NCBI GenBank assembly: GCA_947625855.1
Contig: CANQPW010000005.1
Coordinates: forward strand, 1-52,702
Source of the DNA: an uncultured Clostridia bacterium
GTDB taxonomy: Bacteria; Bacillota; Clostridia; TANB77; CAG-465
Length of the DNA stretch: 52,702 nt
Direction: 5' to 3'
Shown in pieces: positions 7,092 through 18,162 of the stretch; positions within the stretch are counted from its first letter, which is position 1; every line of letters begins with the position of its first letter. A model generated the notes under the pieces. It did no database searches. It had not been told where the DNA came from and saw only the letters and a list, made by a program, of their open reading frames with translations. The translations under genes were made by a program, and so were the position numbers.

Positions 7092-7844
7092 TTATATATT
7101 TACTTTTATTTTAGCCATATCTGAATATACAATATAACAATTATTATCATTTTTCATTTTTTGGAAACATAATGTTCCAGTTACACTTTCGCCAACTTCT
7201 AATAATTTGCTGTCAAGAGTTGCCTCTTTATATGTATAATCAATCATAGGATCATAATCTTCTCCATATCTATCTACTAATGAGAAGTCATATTTACTTA
7301 TATATGTAGGAGTATCATCAGTATTTTTTATTGTAATTGTTACCATTACAAGCTCATAATCATTATTATATGCTTGTAAATTTTCACTGCCTTTATATCT
7401 TTCTATTTTATCTATTGTTACTGTACTATAATTATCTTTGATTTCCTTTCCTATACTATATTCTTTTAGTCTTGAAATATCATCATCATCGTCATAATCA
7501 TAGTCGTAATCGTAATCATTATCATAGTCATAATCATCATAATAATCATCATAATCATCAAATATTTCATTTCTTATGCCGTTTGTTATAATATTTTTAC
7601 TTACACTTCCTACAAATGCAAAAACAAAAATTAATACTATTGCTAATATCATACTTAATCCAGATGTTACTATACCAACTATTGGCATAGCTTTATTATT
7701 TTTTCCTCTAGATTTCATTGTAGCAAGTGAAACAATACCAAGAATTATTCCTACTATTGCAGGTACATATGCAAACATACCAATAAATGGTATAAAAGAA
7801 ATTACAATTGCAATAATTCCTAAAACTAAAGATGCTACTTCCAT
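7092..7844 (-). CDS. Membrane protein with a D/Y low-complexity linker and a DUF4352-like extracellular domain
   Basis: Two or three N-terminal TM helices, the linker DDYDDYYDDYDYDNDYDYDYDYDDDDD, and a C-terminal beta-rich domain (ELVMVTITIKN...FSLVDRYGEDYDP...GESVTGTLCF). Confidence 0.75.
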   Translation of the reverse strand: MEVASLVLGIIAIVISFIPFIGMFAYVPAIVGIILGIVSLATMKSRGKNNKAMPIVGIVTSGLSMILAIVLIFVFAFVGSVSKNIITNGIRNEIFDDYDDYYDDYDYDNDYDYDYDYDDDDDISRLKEYSIGKEIKDNYSTVTIDKIERYKGSENLQAYNNDYELVMVTITIKNTDDTPTYISKYDFSLVDRYGEDYDPMIDYTYKEATLDSKLLEVGESVTGTLCFQKMKNDNNCYIVYSDMAKIKVNI

Positions 7845-7856
7845 AATCCTTCCTCC

Positions 7857-8771
7857 TTATTTACTTTTTTTATTTTCTTTTTTAAATAATTTATTTTTTA
7901 AATTTTCAAAAGTATACCATAATGAAGATGCTATAAATACAGATGAATATGTACCTATAATAACACCTAAAATCAATGGTAATGAGAATTCTTTTAATAC
8001 TTGTTGGTCATATATAACAGAAAAAACATATACAATAGCTATTGCAACAACAGTAGTAATTGATGTGCATATTGTTCTACCCATTGTTTGACTTATACTA
8101 GTATTAATTGTACCTTTTAAATCAGCACCACTAGATACAAGTTTTTTATTTTCTCTTATTCTATCATATATAACGATAGTATCATTTATAGAATAACCAA
8201 TAATTGTAAGTATTACAGCTACAAAACTTGAATTTATTGGGAATTTTATAAAGCCATATATTGCTACTATAAATAAAGCATCATGTATAAGTGTTAAAAT
8301 TGCAGATATTGCAGCAGTAAAGCCTAATGTTCTAAATCTTACAAAAATGTATAAAAGTACTATAACTATTGCAAGTGATAAAGCAAGTACTGCTGAATTT
8401 AGCAATTCTTTACCATAAGATGGTTGAACATTTCTTACTGATGGTTCATCCATATTTACATATCTTTCTTTTAAAGCACTAATTATTTTATCAGATGTAT
8501 CTTGATCAATAACTTGTGTTGTAATAGATACAGAATTATCTCCACCACTTGTTTTTTGAACTAATACAGAAGACCCTGTTATCTGAGTTACTAAATCAGT
8601 TATTTCATTATTGTCACATTCTTCTTTAAGCTCTGCTCTAATTGTTGTTCCACCTTTAAAATCAATATCAAAGGTAAAGTCAGTAATTAAGCCATAAACA
8701 ATTCCTGAAATAATTACTATAAGTGAAAAAGCCAAAAATACATATCTATATTTTATAATATCCTTAGTCAT
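7857..8771 (-). CDS. secF: Protein translocase subunit SecF
   Basis: Six-TM SecF pattern, overlaps secD by 8 nt. Conserved FDIDFKGGT and IVIYDRIRE motifs. Confidence 0.93.
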   Translation of the reverse strand: MTKDIIKYRYVFLAFSLIVIISGIVYGLITDFTFDIDFKGGTTIRAELKEECDNNEITDLVTQITGSSVLVQKTSGGDNSVSITTQVIDQDTSDKIISALKERYVNMDEPSVRNVQPSYGKELLNSAVLALSLAIVIVLLYIFVRFRTLGFTAAISAILTLIHDALFIVAIYGFIKFPINSSFVAVILTIIGYSINDTIVIYDRIRENKKLVSSGADLKGTINTSISQTMGRTICTSITTVVAIAIVYVFSVIYDQQVLKEFSLPLILGVIIGTYSSVFIASSLWYTFENLKNKLFKKENKKSK

Positions 8772-10068
8772 TTTCTTTTACCTCCTTTTTTACTCCAAAT
8801 AAGAAGGTATGCTTGTCACATAATGGCATAAATTCTTTTAATAAATATTTTGTAAGTACGACTGCTGTAAGTAAACTTAAAAGTACACCTAAAGCAAGAA
8901 CTATACCAAAGCCTTTTACAAAGCCTATTCCCACAATGTAAAGTAATATTGCTACTGTAAAAGTAGTAACATTTCCATCAACTATTGCTGTCATTGCATT
9001 TTTAAAACTTCTTTCAAAAGCTTTTTTATAATTTACATTTTGCTTCAATTCTTCTTTTAATCTTTCATATATTATTACGTTAGCATCAACTGCCATTCCA
9101 ATTGATAATATAAGACCTGCTATACCTGGTAAAGTTAAACTTATATTTGTATTTGAAATAATTAAAATATTTAAAGCTATATATGCAATTAAAGATATAC
9201 TAGCTACTAATCCAGGTACTCTATATACTACAAGCATAATTAGACAAATCAAAATTAATGCTACAATTCCAGCCTTTATACTTATTTCTAAAGCCTGTTG
9301 ACCTATATATGGGTCTATATATTCTTTGTTTATTACTTCTAAACTAAATGGTAAAGCACCAGAATCAATTAACATAGCATATTGTCTTGCTTGTTCTTCT
9401 TTTTCTTTATTGCTCTCTGATCCCATAGTAATTATTGCAGTATTTGAATTAATTTGTTGACTTACTACTGGTGATGTTATAAGAGTATCATCAAGATATA
9501 TAGATATTGTTTTACCAATTAAATTTGCTGTTGCCTCACTAAATTTTTTTGCTCCTTCATCACTAAATGTTAATTCAACATGTGGATTAGCAAATCCTGT
9601 TGAATCTGTTGCAGAGTTACTATATTTTGCTGAAGCAATATCATCACCTGATAAAAGTACATTTGAATCAGGATCTCTAAATTCAATCTTTGCTGTTTTA
9701 TCTAATCCTTCAACTGCTGTTATAGGATCATTTGTAGTATCACTCTTATCCCTTGGTACTTCAACAGTTATTTGATTTGTCGCTAAATCATATCTAACAA
9801 TATAATCAAATATATTTTTAGAATATAATCTGTTTTCAATTACCTCTACTGATTTTTTCAAATCATATTCAGTTATTTCTTTTCCTTCTTCTGCAATTGC
9901 TTGATATGTTATTGTGACACCACCACTAATATCAAGTCCAGTATTAATTTCTTTTGCACTTTTAATAATATTTCTACCTTTTATAGTTAAACCAAATAAT
10001 GCAAAATATGTAATTAATGCTACAATTGCTACATATATTACTATTTTTATAACATTTTTAAATTTCAC
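8764..10068 (-). CDS. secD: Protein translocase subunit SecD
   Basis: GLDISGG, a periplasmic domain, then a C-terminal six-TM bundle (AVDANVIIYERLKEE). GTG start. Confidence 0.93.
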   Translation of the reverse strand: MKFKNVIKIVIYVAIVALITYFALFGLTIKGRNIIKSAKEINTGLDISGGVTITYQAIAEEGKEITEYDLKKSVEVIENRLYSKNIFDYIVRYDLATNQITVEVPRDKSDTTNDPITAVEGLDKTAKIEFRDPDSNVLLSGDDIASAKYSNSATDSTGFANPHVELTFSDEGAKKFSEATANLIGKTISIYLDDTLITSPVVSQQINSNTAIITMGSESNKEKEEQARQYAMLIDSGALPFSLEVINKEYIDPYIGQQALEISIKAGIVALILICLIMLVVYRVPGLVASISLIAYIALNILIISNTNISLTLPGIAGLILSIGMAVDANVIIYERLKEELKQNVNYKKAFERSFKNAMTAIVDGNVTTFTVAILLYIVGIGFVKGFGIVLALGVLLSLLTAVVLTKYLLKEFMPLCDKHTFLFGVKKEVKEND

Positions 10069-10094
10069 TTAAAATCCCTCCTGTAACATCTGTA

Positions 10095-10123
10095 ATTATA
10101 CTATTTTTATCTAATTTAGTCAA
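10095..10123 (-). promoter_or_regulatory. Promoter of secDF
   Basis: On the minus strand: TTGACT, 17-nt spacer, TATAAT. Confidence 0.55.
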
Positions 10124-10124
10124 G

Positions 10125-10153
10125 AAAAAAATAAAAGCTACAAAATGTAGCTT
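10125..10153 (-). terminator. Rho-independent terminator after the PH-domain gene
   Basis: AAGCTACA-AAA-TGTAGCTT followed on the minus strand by TTATTTTTTT. Confidence 0.65.
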
Positions 10154-10154
10154 A

Positions 10155-10886
10155 TTATTCATTAATATCTTTCAAACTTTCGTTAAATTTCTTTTCATCT
10201 TCTTCTGAAAAATTAACTATTTCGCTAATTTTTTCTTTATCAGACAAATCTTCTTCTTCACTTTTTTCTTCATTTTCTACATTTTGTTCTTCTTTATTTT
10301 CTTCTACATTCTTTTTTGCTATATCATCTTTTTTATAATTTTTTGAATAATCTAAAATTTCATGGATTTTTTCATAACATTCTTGTGGATTTTTTATACT
10401 ATATATTACTAAACCATTATTTCTATTTTCAGCATTAGTATAAATTACTATAATACCATAACCTAGAATTCTATCTGTTATTGTTCTTCTAATTTCAACC
10501 TCTCTTATATTTGAGTATTGTATAGTTTTAGTATGTTGATTTAAAAAAGAATCTTCATAAATCATATAATCATCATAAAAAGTATAACTTAAATATTTAT
10601 ACTGTAATACTTGAAAAGTAATATGTATAATTAATTTTATAGATAATACAATAATTAATGCAATAAATATTATATTTAATAATTGTGATACATTAACAAC
10701 ATCTGTTATACTATTAAAATCTATTACATTATTAAAAATTAATAAAACAATATATAATATTATGGTACCTAAAAGCATAAAAGTTGAATTTTTAATTTTT
10801 CTACCTGTTGGCATTATCATTTCATATATAAAATTAAATTTAGGTTTTATTATATATTTGGGTTCATTTTTTTTAACTTCTTCCAT
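10155..10886 (-). CDS. Membrane protein with a bacterial PH (YdbS/YdbT-like, bPH_2) domain and an E/K-rich tail
   Basis: Two TM helices, then YSNIREVEIRRTITDRILGYGIIVIYT typical of bPH_2. Confidence 0.7.
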   Translation of the reverse strand: MEEVKKNEPKYIIKPKFNFIYEMIMPTGRKIKNSTFMLLGTIILYIVLLIFNNVIDFNSITDVVNVSQLLNIIFIALIIVLSIKLIIHITFQVLQYKYLSYTFYDDYMIYEDSFLNQHTKTIQYSNIREVEIRRTITDRILGYGIIVIYTNAENRNNGLVIYSIKNPQECYEKIHEILDYSKNYKKDDIAKKNVEENKEEQNVENEEKSEEEDLSDKEKISEIVNFSEEDEKKFNESLKDINE

Positions 10887-10896
10887 ATTCTTCTCC

Positions 10897-11604
10897 TTAT
10901 TTTACAATAGTTCCTATCTTCTCACCTAAAGTTGCTCTCTTTATTGATTCTTCTTCATTTAAAGCAAATACTATTATAGGTAAGTTATTTTCCATACATA
11001 AAGTTATAGCAGTAGTATCCATTACTCCTAATTTTTCAGATATTGACTGCATATATGTTACTTCATCATATTTTTTTGCATCTTTATACTTTTTTGGATC
11101 TTTATTATACACACCATCAACATTTTTGGCAAGTAAAATTACTTCTGCATCCATTTCTACTGCTCTTAATGCTGCAGCAGAATCAGTAGTAAAATATGGA
11201 TTTCCAGTTCCACAAGCAAATATAACTACTCTTCCTTTTTCTAAATGTCTTATTGCTTTTCTTCTAATATATAGTTCGGCAATTTGTCTCATTTCAATAG
11301 CACTCATAACTCTTGTAGGAATATTTTTAGTTTCTATCATTTCTTGAAGTGCTAATGCATTTAACATTGTAGCAAGCATTCCCATATAATCTGCTGTTGT
11401 TCTTTGCATATATTCTGCTCCATTTTTACCTCTCCAGAAATTTCCTGCACCTATAACAATTCCAATTTCTACTCCATCTTTTGCAAGCTCTACAATTTGA
11501 TTTACAACTTTTTCTAATTTTTCTTTATCTATTCCTTTTCCATCTTTTCCACCTATTGCTTCACCACTTAATTTTACAAGTATTCTTTTATATTTATATT
11601 TCAT
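10897..11604 (-). CDS. pyrH: UMP kinase
   Basis: [11 protein letters not shown]... and the [15 protein letters not shown] motifs. The ATG at 11604 lies 9 nt after AAGAGG; the ORF-track start at 11628 is less likely. Confidence 0.95.
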   Translation of the reverse strand: MKYKYKRILVKLSGEAIGGKDGKGIDKEKLEKVVNQIVELAKDGVEIGIVIGAGNFWRGKNGAEYMQRTTADYMGMLATMLNALALQEMIETKNIPTRVMSAIEMRQIAELYIRRKAIRHLEKGRVVIFACGTGNPYFTTDSAAALRAVEMDAEVILLAKNVDGVYNKDPKKYKDAKKYDEVTYMQSISEKLGVMDTTAITLCMENNLPIIVFALNEEESIKRATLGEKIGTIVK

Positions 11605-11668
11605 ACGCATTAACCTCTTAGTATTCATTTTATAATATAACCTTTATATTTTCAATAGTTTGCATAAA

Positions 11669-11709
11669 ATAAAAAAATAAAGTATGCTCAAATTACTTAA
11701 ACATACTTT
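11669..11709 (-). terminator. Terminator after tsf
   Basis: AAAGTATG...CATACTTT stem (15-nt loop) followed on the minus strand by a long T run. Confidence 0.45.
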
Positions 11710-11718
11710 ACTTTATAA

Positions 11719-12366
11719 TTAGTTGTTCATTTGTTTCATTACTTCTTCTGCGAAGTTTTCTTCTTTTTTCTCTATTCCTTCGCCTCTTTCAAATCTAACA
11801 AATCTTCTTATTACTATATTTTCACCAATTTTTGCTATTAATTCAACTAAAAGTTCTCCAACAGTTTTATCTGGATCTTTTACAAATGGTTGATCTAACA
11901 AGCAAATTTCTTCGTAAAATTTATTTAATCTTCCTTCAACTATTTTTTCTACGATTGCTTCTGGTTTTCCTTCTTCTAATGCTTGTGCTTTTAATATTTC
12001 TTTTTCTTCTTCAACAACAGATGCTGGAACTTCTTCACGTCTTACATATTTTGGATTTGCTGCAACTATATGCATAGCTACATCTTTAACAAATTTTTTG
12101 AAATCTTCGTTTTTAGATACAAAATCTGTTTCTGAATTTACTTCAACTAAAGCACCATACTTTCCACCATGTATATATGCTTCAACTAATCCTTCAGAAG
12201 CAATTCTGTCAGCTTTTTTAGCTGCTTTTGCAATACCTTTTTTCTTTAAAAGTTCTACTGCTTTTTCCATATCGCCATCAGTTTCTACTAATATTTTTTT
12301 GCAGTCCATTACACCTGCACCTGTCATTTCTCTTAATTCTTTAACTTGTTCAGCTGTTATAGCCAT
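11719..12366 (-). CDS. tsf: Elongation factor Ts (short form)
   Basis: [27 protein letters not shown]-like N-terminus. The ATG at 12366 follows AGGAGG. The ORF-track start at 12402 would overlap rpsB. Confidence 0.95.
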   Translation of the reverse strand: MAITAEQVKELREMTGAGVMDCKKILVETDGDMEKAVELLKKKGIAKAAKKADRIASEGLVEAYIHGGKYGALVEVNSETDFVSKNEDFKKFVKDVAMHIVAANPKYVRREEVPASVVEEEKEILKAQALEEGKPEAIVEKIVEGRLNKFYEEICLLDQPFVKDPDKTVGELLVELIAKIGENIVIRRFVRFERGEGIEKKEENFAEEVMKQMNN

Positions 12367-12385
12367 TACAAAGCACCTCCTATAA

Positions 12386-13222
12386 TTAATTATTTTCTTC
12401 AACTTGTTCAGTTTTTTCTTTTTTGTTATGAGTAGGTTTCTTGTTATTTTGTCTTGGTTTTCTTTCTATTTTGTCTACTCCTTCTTTTTGTACTAATTCT
12501 TCCATTGTTACAGTTTCTTCATCATCTGCTTCAGTAAGATTTCCTTCTTTAGCTTCTATTACTGCATCAGCTATTTTAGAAGCAATCAAACTTACAGATT
12601 TTACTGCATCATCATTACCAGGAATTACATAATCTACATCATCTGGATTACAGTTAGAATCGATTAAACCAATTGTTGGAATATCAAGTTTTCTAGCTTC
12701 TTTTGTGCAGATATATTCTTTCTTTGAATCTGCTAAAAAGATAAGGGATGGAAGTTTTTCCATATCCTTTATACCACCTAAATTAGTATTTAAGATATCC
12801 ATTTCTTTTCTTAAATTAATTACTTCTTTTTTAGGTAATACATCAAAAGTTCCGTCTTGTTCCATTTTTTCTAAATTAACAAGTCTTGCAATTCTTTTCT
12901 TAATAGTTGCAAAGTTAGTTAAAGTTCCACCTAACCATCTACTATTAATATAATACATTCCACATCTTTCAGCTTCTTGTTTTATAGTTTCTTGAATTTG
13001 TTTCTTAGTTCCTACAAAAAGAACTAATCCACCATTTGCTACAACTCTTTTTGTAAGATTGTAAGCTTCTTGAACTTTTTTTGAAGTTTTTTGCAAGTCT
13101 AAAATATAAATTCCATTTCTTGCAGTAAATATGTATGGAGCCATTCTTGGGTCCCATCTTTTAGTTTGGTGTCCAAAATGTACACCGGCTTCTAGTAATG
13201 ATTTCATTGGTATAATTGCCAT
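12386..13222 (-). CDS. rpsB: 30S ribosomal protein S2 with an E/K-rich C-terminal extension
   Basis: [22 protein letters not shown]... is a canonical S2 N-terminus. Confidence 0.97.
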   Translation of the reverse strand: MAIIPMKSLLEAGVHFGHQTKRWDPRMAPYIFTARNGIYILDLQKTSKKVQEAYNLTKRVVANGGLVLFVGTKKQIQETIKQEAERCGMYYINSRWLGGTLTNFATIKKRIARLVNLEKMEQDGTFDVLPKKEVINLRKEMDILNTNLGGIKDMEKLPSLIFLADSKKEYICTKEARKLDIPTIGLIDSNCNPDDVDYVIPGNDDAVKSVSLIASKIADAVIEAKEGNLTEADDEETVTMEELVQKEGVDKIERKPRQNNKKPTHNKKEKTEQVEENN

Positions 13223-13395
13223 TTAAAATTCCTCCTTCTTTTATTCCTCCACGAATATCAACATTTATTACATCCATATAGGAAGAAGCATAAACTACTT
13301 TCGTGTGTGATATATTGTGATAAAATCACATCTTGCATAAACATTACTCATTATGCAAGCGTATATATTATAGCATAAAAAAAGTGAATTATCAA
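13223..13395 (-). promoter_or_regulatory. rpsB promoter and structured leader of about 135 nt
   Basis: On the minus strand: TTGATA, 17-nt spacer, TATAAT (13367-13395). Perfect 9-bp hairpin CTTGCATAA/TTATGCAAG (13332-13359) and GTGAT-TTT-ATCAC in the leader. Confidence 0.45.
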
Positions 13396-13423
13396 TACTT
13401 TTGGAATATTTTTTAGGATATCA

Positions 13424-13459
13424 AAAATAAAAAGAGTTGACCATATTTTAGCCAACTCT
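13424..13459 (-). terminator. Terminator after the 107-aa ORF
   Basis: AGAGTTG...CAACTCT stem followed on the minus strand by TTTTTATTTTT. Confidence 0.6.
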
Positions 13460-13472
13460 ATATTTATATAAT

Positions 13473-13796
13473 TTATGCAACTACAAAAGGTGCAATACCA
13501 GCTGCAACCTTACTTATCTTTTCTTCTAAGCTATATTTTGAATCAAACATAACATACTCATGTATATTGGACTTTATAGTAAGGTCCATAAGATATGAAT
13601 TTCTACCTGGCACCGCATCTGCTATAATCTTAAGGATATCTGGTTTATCTAAGGTTGATTCTTCATTTTTTTCTGCTATTCTTATAGCTGGCTTCTTTTC
13701 TCCAGCTAATATCCATAAAACACTTGCCTTAAAGTAATCAATTTTTTTCATTCCTGTAAATGGTACAACAATTTCTTTCAGATCACATTTTTGCAT
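13473..13796 (-). CDS. Hypothetical protein (107 aa)
   Basis: GGAGGTATTTTT precedes the ATG. It has its own terminator. No family recognised. Confidence 0.65.
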   Translation of the reverse strand: MQKCDLKEIVVPFTGMKKIDYFKASVLWILAGEKKPAIRIAEKNEESTLDKPDILKIIADAVPGRNSYLMDLTIKSNIHEYVMFDSKYSLEEKISKVAAGIAPFVVA

Positions 13797-13960
13797 AAAA
13801 ATACCTCCGAGATTATTTTTTTCCGAATCCTATAATTAAGAATTCTAGTAGTTTATTATTCTTGTATTGTAACACATTTTTATATACATGTCAATAACTA
13901 GAAAAATTTAATTAAATATATATAAAATAATAGCTGATAAGTTATATCAGCCATTATCTT

Positions 13961-15769
13961 TTAATTTGCAAATATTTCATCAAATTCTTCACCAGATATT
14001 TTTTCCTTTTCAATTAATTTTTCTGCTACCTTGTGAAGTTTATCAATGTTTTCCTTTAATATTCTTTCTGCATATGTATATGCTCTTGTAATTATATCTT
14101 TTACTTCTTCATCAATTTCATATGCTACTTTTTCACTATAATTTCTTGAAGTTGTCATTTCTTTACCAAGGAATACTTCTTCTTGTGTAGAGCCAAAACT
14201 TATTGGTCCAAGTTTATCAGACATACCGTATTTCATAACCATTTCTCTTGCTATTTTAGAAGCTCTTTCAATATCGTTTGAAGCACCTGTACTAATATCA
14301 TTTAATACTAATTGCTCTGCAACTCTACCTCCTAAAAGTGATACAATATGCTCATTCATTTCAGATTTTGAAGTATAACTTTTATCTTCATTTGGTTTAT
14401 ACATAGTATATCCACCTGCCATACCTCTTGGTATGATAGAGATTTGATGTATTCCATCATGATTTGGTAAAAATCTTGAAACAACTGCATGACCTGCTTC
14501 ATGATATGCTGTTAAACGTTTTTCTTTATCACTTATAACCTTACTTCTTTTTTCAGGTCCCATCATAACTTTAACCATTGCATCTTCAACATCAGTTAAA
14601 TTAATAGTATTTTTATTTTTTCTTGCAGCAAGTAAAGCAGCCTCATTAATCATATTTTCCAAATCTGCTCCACTAAATCCTGCTGTATTTTTAGCTATTA
14701 CCTTAAAATCAATTCCTTTTATAAAAGGTTTATTTTTTGCATGAAGTTTTAATATTTCTTCTCTTGCTCTTAAATCAGGTAAATTTACAACTATTTGTCT
14801 ATCAAATCTTCCAGGTCTAAGTAATGCTGGATCTAATATATCTGGTCTGTTTGTAGCAGCCATAACAATTATACTTTCATGTGTTGCAAATCCATCCATT
14901 TCTACAAGTAATTGATTTAAAGTTTGTTCTCTCTCATCATGTCCACCACCAAGACCTGCACCTCTGTGACGTCCAACTGCATCAATTTCATCAATAAATA
15001 CAATACATGGAGAATTAGCTTTTGCCTCAGCAAATAAATCTCTTACACGTGATGCACCAACACCTACAAACATTTCAACAAAATCTGATCCACTTATAGA
15101 GAAAAATGGTACATTTGCCTCTCCAGCAACAGCTTTTGCAAGTAATGTTTTACCTGTACCTGGTCCACCAACTAAAAGAATACCCTTTGGAATTCTAGCA
15201 CCCATATCTAAATATTTTTTAGGATTTTTTAAGAATTCTACTTCTTCTTCTAATTCTTCTTTTTCTTCTTTAAGACCTGCTACATTTTCAAAAGTTACTT
15301 TCTTTTTAGAATTTTTATCTATCATCTGAGCTCTATTTTTACCAAAGCTCATAGCCTTATTATTTCCTTCATTTGTCTTTTTAATCATATATATAAATAT
15401 GAATAAAGTACCTAAAAGTAAAATAATATTTGGTATAAGTGGTGCTATAACTTCCATAGCAGTTTCATTTGCTACATTTAACTCAAATTCACCTGAAATA
15501 ACTTTTGGTTGAATAGTCTCAATAAATGTAGTAGATGAAGGTATTTTTACCTCCCTTAAAACATTATCCTCATCTTTAAGCTTAACTTCTGCTGTAAGCC
15601 TATCATTTTTTAGTTCTATACTTTCTACACTTTTATTTTCTATTTTTTGCATTAACTCAGTATATGACATTTCTTGAGTAATATTACTGCTAAGCAAAGA
15701 AATAGCATATAATGCTAATCCAATAATTAACAAATATGAAAGTACAGTTCTAATAGTTCCATTCTTCAT
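13961..15769 (-). CDS. ftsH: ATP-dependent zinc metalloprotease FtsH
   Basis: Two TM helices, Walker [12 protein letters not shown] (second region of homology), and the zinc motif HEAGHA. Confidence 0.97.
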   Translation of the reverse strand: MKNGTIRTVLSYLLIIGLALYAISLLSSNITQEMSYTELMQKIENKSVESIELKNDRLTAEVKLKDEDNVLREVKIPSSTTFIETIQPKVISGEFELNVANETAMEVIAPLIPNIILLLGTLFIFIYMIKKTNEGNNKAMSFGKNRAQMIDKNSKKKVTFENVAGLKEEKEELEEEVEFLKNPKKYLDMGARIPKGILLVGGPGTGKTLLAKAVAGEANVPFFSISGSDFVEMFVGVGASRVRDLFAEAKANSPCIVFIDEIDAVGRHRGAGLGGGHDEREQTLNQLLVEMDGFATHESIIVMAATNRPDILDPALLRPGRFDRQIVVNLPDLRAREEILKLHAKNKPFIKGIDFKVIAKNTAGFSGADLENMINEAALLAARKNKNTINLTDVEDAMVKVMMGPEKRSKVISDKEKRLTAYHEAGHAVVSRFLPNHDGIHQISIIPRGMAGGYTMYKPNEDKSYTSKSEMNEHIVSLLGGRVAEQLVLNDISTGASNDIERASKIAREMVMKYGMSDKLGPISFGSTQEEVFLGKEMTTSRNYSEKVAYEIDEEVKDIITRAYTYAERILKENIDKLHKVAEKLIEKEKISGEEFDEIFAN

Positions 15770-15787
15770 AACGTATCCCCTTTACAT

Positions 15788-16813
15788 TTAATATAAAATA
15801 GCTATATTCTTATTTATTATTTCTATTTTAAATTTATTACCAATTATATATTTTTTTCCTTTTATAGATTTTTCTAATAATTCTAAAATATCGTTAATAT
15901 GTATATTAGTTAATCCATCTAAATCTTTCATTTTATATTTAATAATTTCTCTAATTACTCTTTTTCTTATACTAATATGCTCTGATAATATTTTGCTATA
16001 ATTAAATTTTACTACATCATTTGCTTCTAATACACATTGCTTAACTATATTAGATGTATACTCATTTAAGAAATCTTCATCTTCAATTAAAATTTTCTTC
16101 ATTCTAAGTATACTATTTACTATATTAGGATTATAATCCTTTTTTAATTCTGGTATAAGTATATTTCGAACTTTATTCCTCTTATATATTATATCAAAAT
16201 TTGTTTTATCAATACATGGATTTATATTTTTTAATATATTATACTCCATAATATCTTTTTTTTCAACTGTAATAAGTGGCCTTATAATATTTTTATACCT
16301 AAATTCTATACCTGTAAGTCCTTTCAAGCCACATCCCCTAAACAGATTTAAAAAAATAGTTTCTACATCATCATCTGCATTATGTGCAGTTACTATTTTT
16401 TGAGCATTTTCCTTTAATAATACTTCATCAAAAAATTCATACCTAATTTTTCGACCATAAGTTTCTTCAGACATCCTTTCTTCTTTAGAAAATTTCTTTA
16501 CATCTTTTTTAAGGTAATAAAAAGGTATGTTCAACTTTTTACAATTTTCTTCAACATATATTTTTTCATTTTCTGATTCTTCTCTTATCATATGATTTAC
16601 ATGAGCTACCACAAGTGTGTAAGATATATTATATTTTTGTTTCATTCTATCTTTTAAATCATATAATACATTTAATAAACACATAGAATCAGGGCCACCT
16701 GAAACGGCTACTACTAGTTTATCTTTATCTTCTATTAAAGAATTTTGAATAATATTTTTTTCTACTTCATCTTCTATTAATTCAATTATATTTTCATTTT
16801 CTTTTTTTATCAT
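15788..16813 (-). CDS. tilS: tRNA(Ile)-lysidine synthase
   Basis: PP-loop motif VAVSGGPDS. Conserved position upstream of ftsH. 4-nt overlap with dnaB. Confidence 0.9.
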   Translation of the reverse strand: MIKKENENIIELIEDEVEKNIIQNSLIEDKDKLVVAVSGGPDSMCLLNVLYDLKDRMKQKYNISYTLVVAHVNHMIREESENEKIYVEENCKKLNIPFYYLKKDVKKFSKEERMSEETYGRKIRYEFFDEVLLKENAQKIVTAHNADDDVETIFLNLFRGCGLKGLTGIEFRYKNIIRPLITVEKKDIMEYNILKNINPCIDKTNFDIIYKRNKVRNILIPELKKDYNPNIVNSILRMKKILIEDEDFLNEYTSNIVKQCVLEANDVVKFNYSKILSEHISIRKRVIREIIKYKMKDLDGLTNIHINDILELLEKSIKGKKYIIGNKFKIEIINKNIAILY

Positions 16814-18153
16814 GTTTCTGGACCTCTATATAAATTAGCAAACTTAGTGTATTGACCAAGCCAAGCAAGTTCAACAGTACCAGTTTCACCATTTCTGTTT
16901 TTTGCTATTATAACCTCTGCAATATTTTTCTTATCTGTTTCAGGGTTATAATAATCTTCTCTATGTAAAAACATAACAATATCTGCATCTTGTTCTATTG
17001 CTCCAGATTCACGAAGATCACTTAACATAGGTCTATGATCTGTTCTTGATTCAGTAGCACGACTAAGTTGAGATAATGCTATTACTGGAATTTTTAATTC
17101 TTTTGCAAGTATTTTTAATGATCTACTTATATCTGATATTTCTTGTTGTCTTGAAGTATTATTTCTTGATTTTGACTCCATAAGCTGTAAATAATCAATT
17201 ATAACTAGTCCTATATTCTTCTCAAGTTTTGCCTTTCTACATTTTGCTCTAAGCTCAGCAGCAGAAAGTCCTGGAGTATCATCTATATATAATGGTACAT
17301 CCGTTAATTTTCCACTAACTTCTCCAAGCTTTAACCAATCTTCAGAATCAAAACTTGCATTTCTTAATTTTGAGCTATCTATTTCACTTTCACTACTAAG
17401 TATTCTTGTTACCATTTGTTCTTTTGACATTTCTAAACTAAATATCATAACTGGTGTCTTCATATGCATTGCAACAAAATTAGCAATATTTAATACAAAT
17501 GCAGATTTTCCCATAGCAGGACGTGCTGCTATAATTATCAAATCTGACGGATTAAGACCAGATATCTTATTATCTAAATCTATAAACCCAGACTCAATTC
17601 CTGACACTTTATTTTTATTTTGGTACATATTTTCTATCATGTCAAATGCTGTTACAAGAATTTCTTTCATGCTAGAATAACCTTTTGAATTTCTATTTTG
17701 TATTACATCAAAAATTTGCTTTTCTGCATGTTCCATTATAGCATCTACTTCTTCAGTTTGTGAATACCCTAGTTTTATAATATCATTTGCTGCTTTAATT
17801 AGTTTTCTTAATACTGATTTTTCTTCTACGATATTTACATAGTTTTCAATATTAGAAGTAGTTGGAACATTATCAATAAGTGTTGCAATATACTGATTAT
17901 CACCAACTTTTTCAAGTGTACCTCTAAGTCTTAATTGTTCCATCAAAGTTATCATATCTATATGTTTTCCAAGAGAATAAACTTCAAGCATCGCTGCATA
18001 TATCTCTCTATTATCTTCTCTGTAAAAATCTTCTGGTTTTAATTTTTCAACTGCAACATTTACGGCTTCTACATCAACAAGCATTGAACCTAAAACAGCT
18101 TGCTCAGCAATAGTATCATTTGGTTGTACTCTATTTAATGTTTCATCTTCCAT
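16810..18153 (-). CDS. dnaB: Replicative DNA helicase (DnaB family; DnaC in B. subtilis nomenclature)
   Basis: N-terminal AEQAVLGSML, Walker A ARPAMGKSAF, and IIDYLQLM. The ATG at 18153 follows AGGTG. Confidence 0.96.
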   Translation of the reverse strand: MEDETLNRVQPNDTIAEQAVLGSMLVDVEAVNVAVEKLKPEDFYREDNREIYAAMLEVYSLGKHIDMITLMEQLRLRGTLEKVGDNQYIATLIDNVPTTSNIENYVNIVEEKSVLRKLIKAANDIIKLGYSQTEEVDAIMEHAEKQIFDVIQNRNSKGYSSMKEILVTAFDMIENMYQNKNKVSGIESGFIDLDNKISGLNPSDLIIIAARPAMGKSAFVLNIANFVAMHMKTPVMIFSLEMSKEQMVTRILSSESEIDSSKLRNASFDSEDWLKLGEVSGKLTDVPLYIDDTPGLSAAELRAKCRKAKLEKNIGLVIIDYLQLMESKSRNNTSRQQEISDISRSLKILAKELKIPVIALSQLSRATESRTDHRPMLSDLRESGAIEQDADIVMFLHREDYYNPETDKKNIAEVIIAKNRNGETGTVELAWLGQYTKFANLYRGPET

Positions 18154-18162
18154 AATATACAC

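Noticed and set aside
7576-8091. 171-aa plus-strand ORF across the DUF4352-like/secF boundary.
   Set aside because: It is antisense to secF and its neighbour, both well supported, and shows no translation signals.
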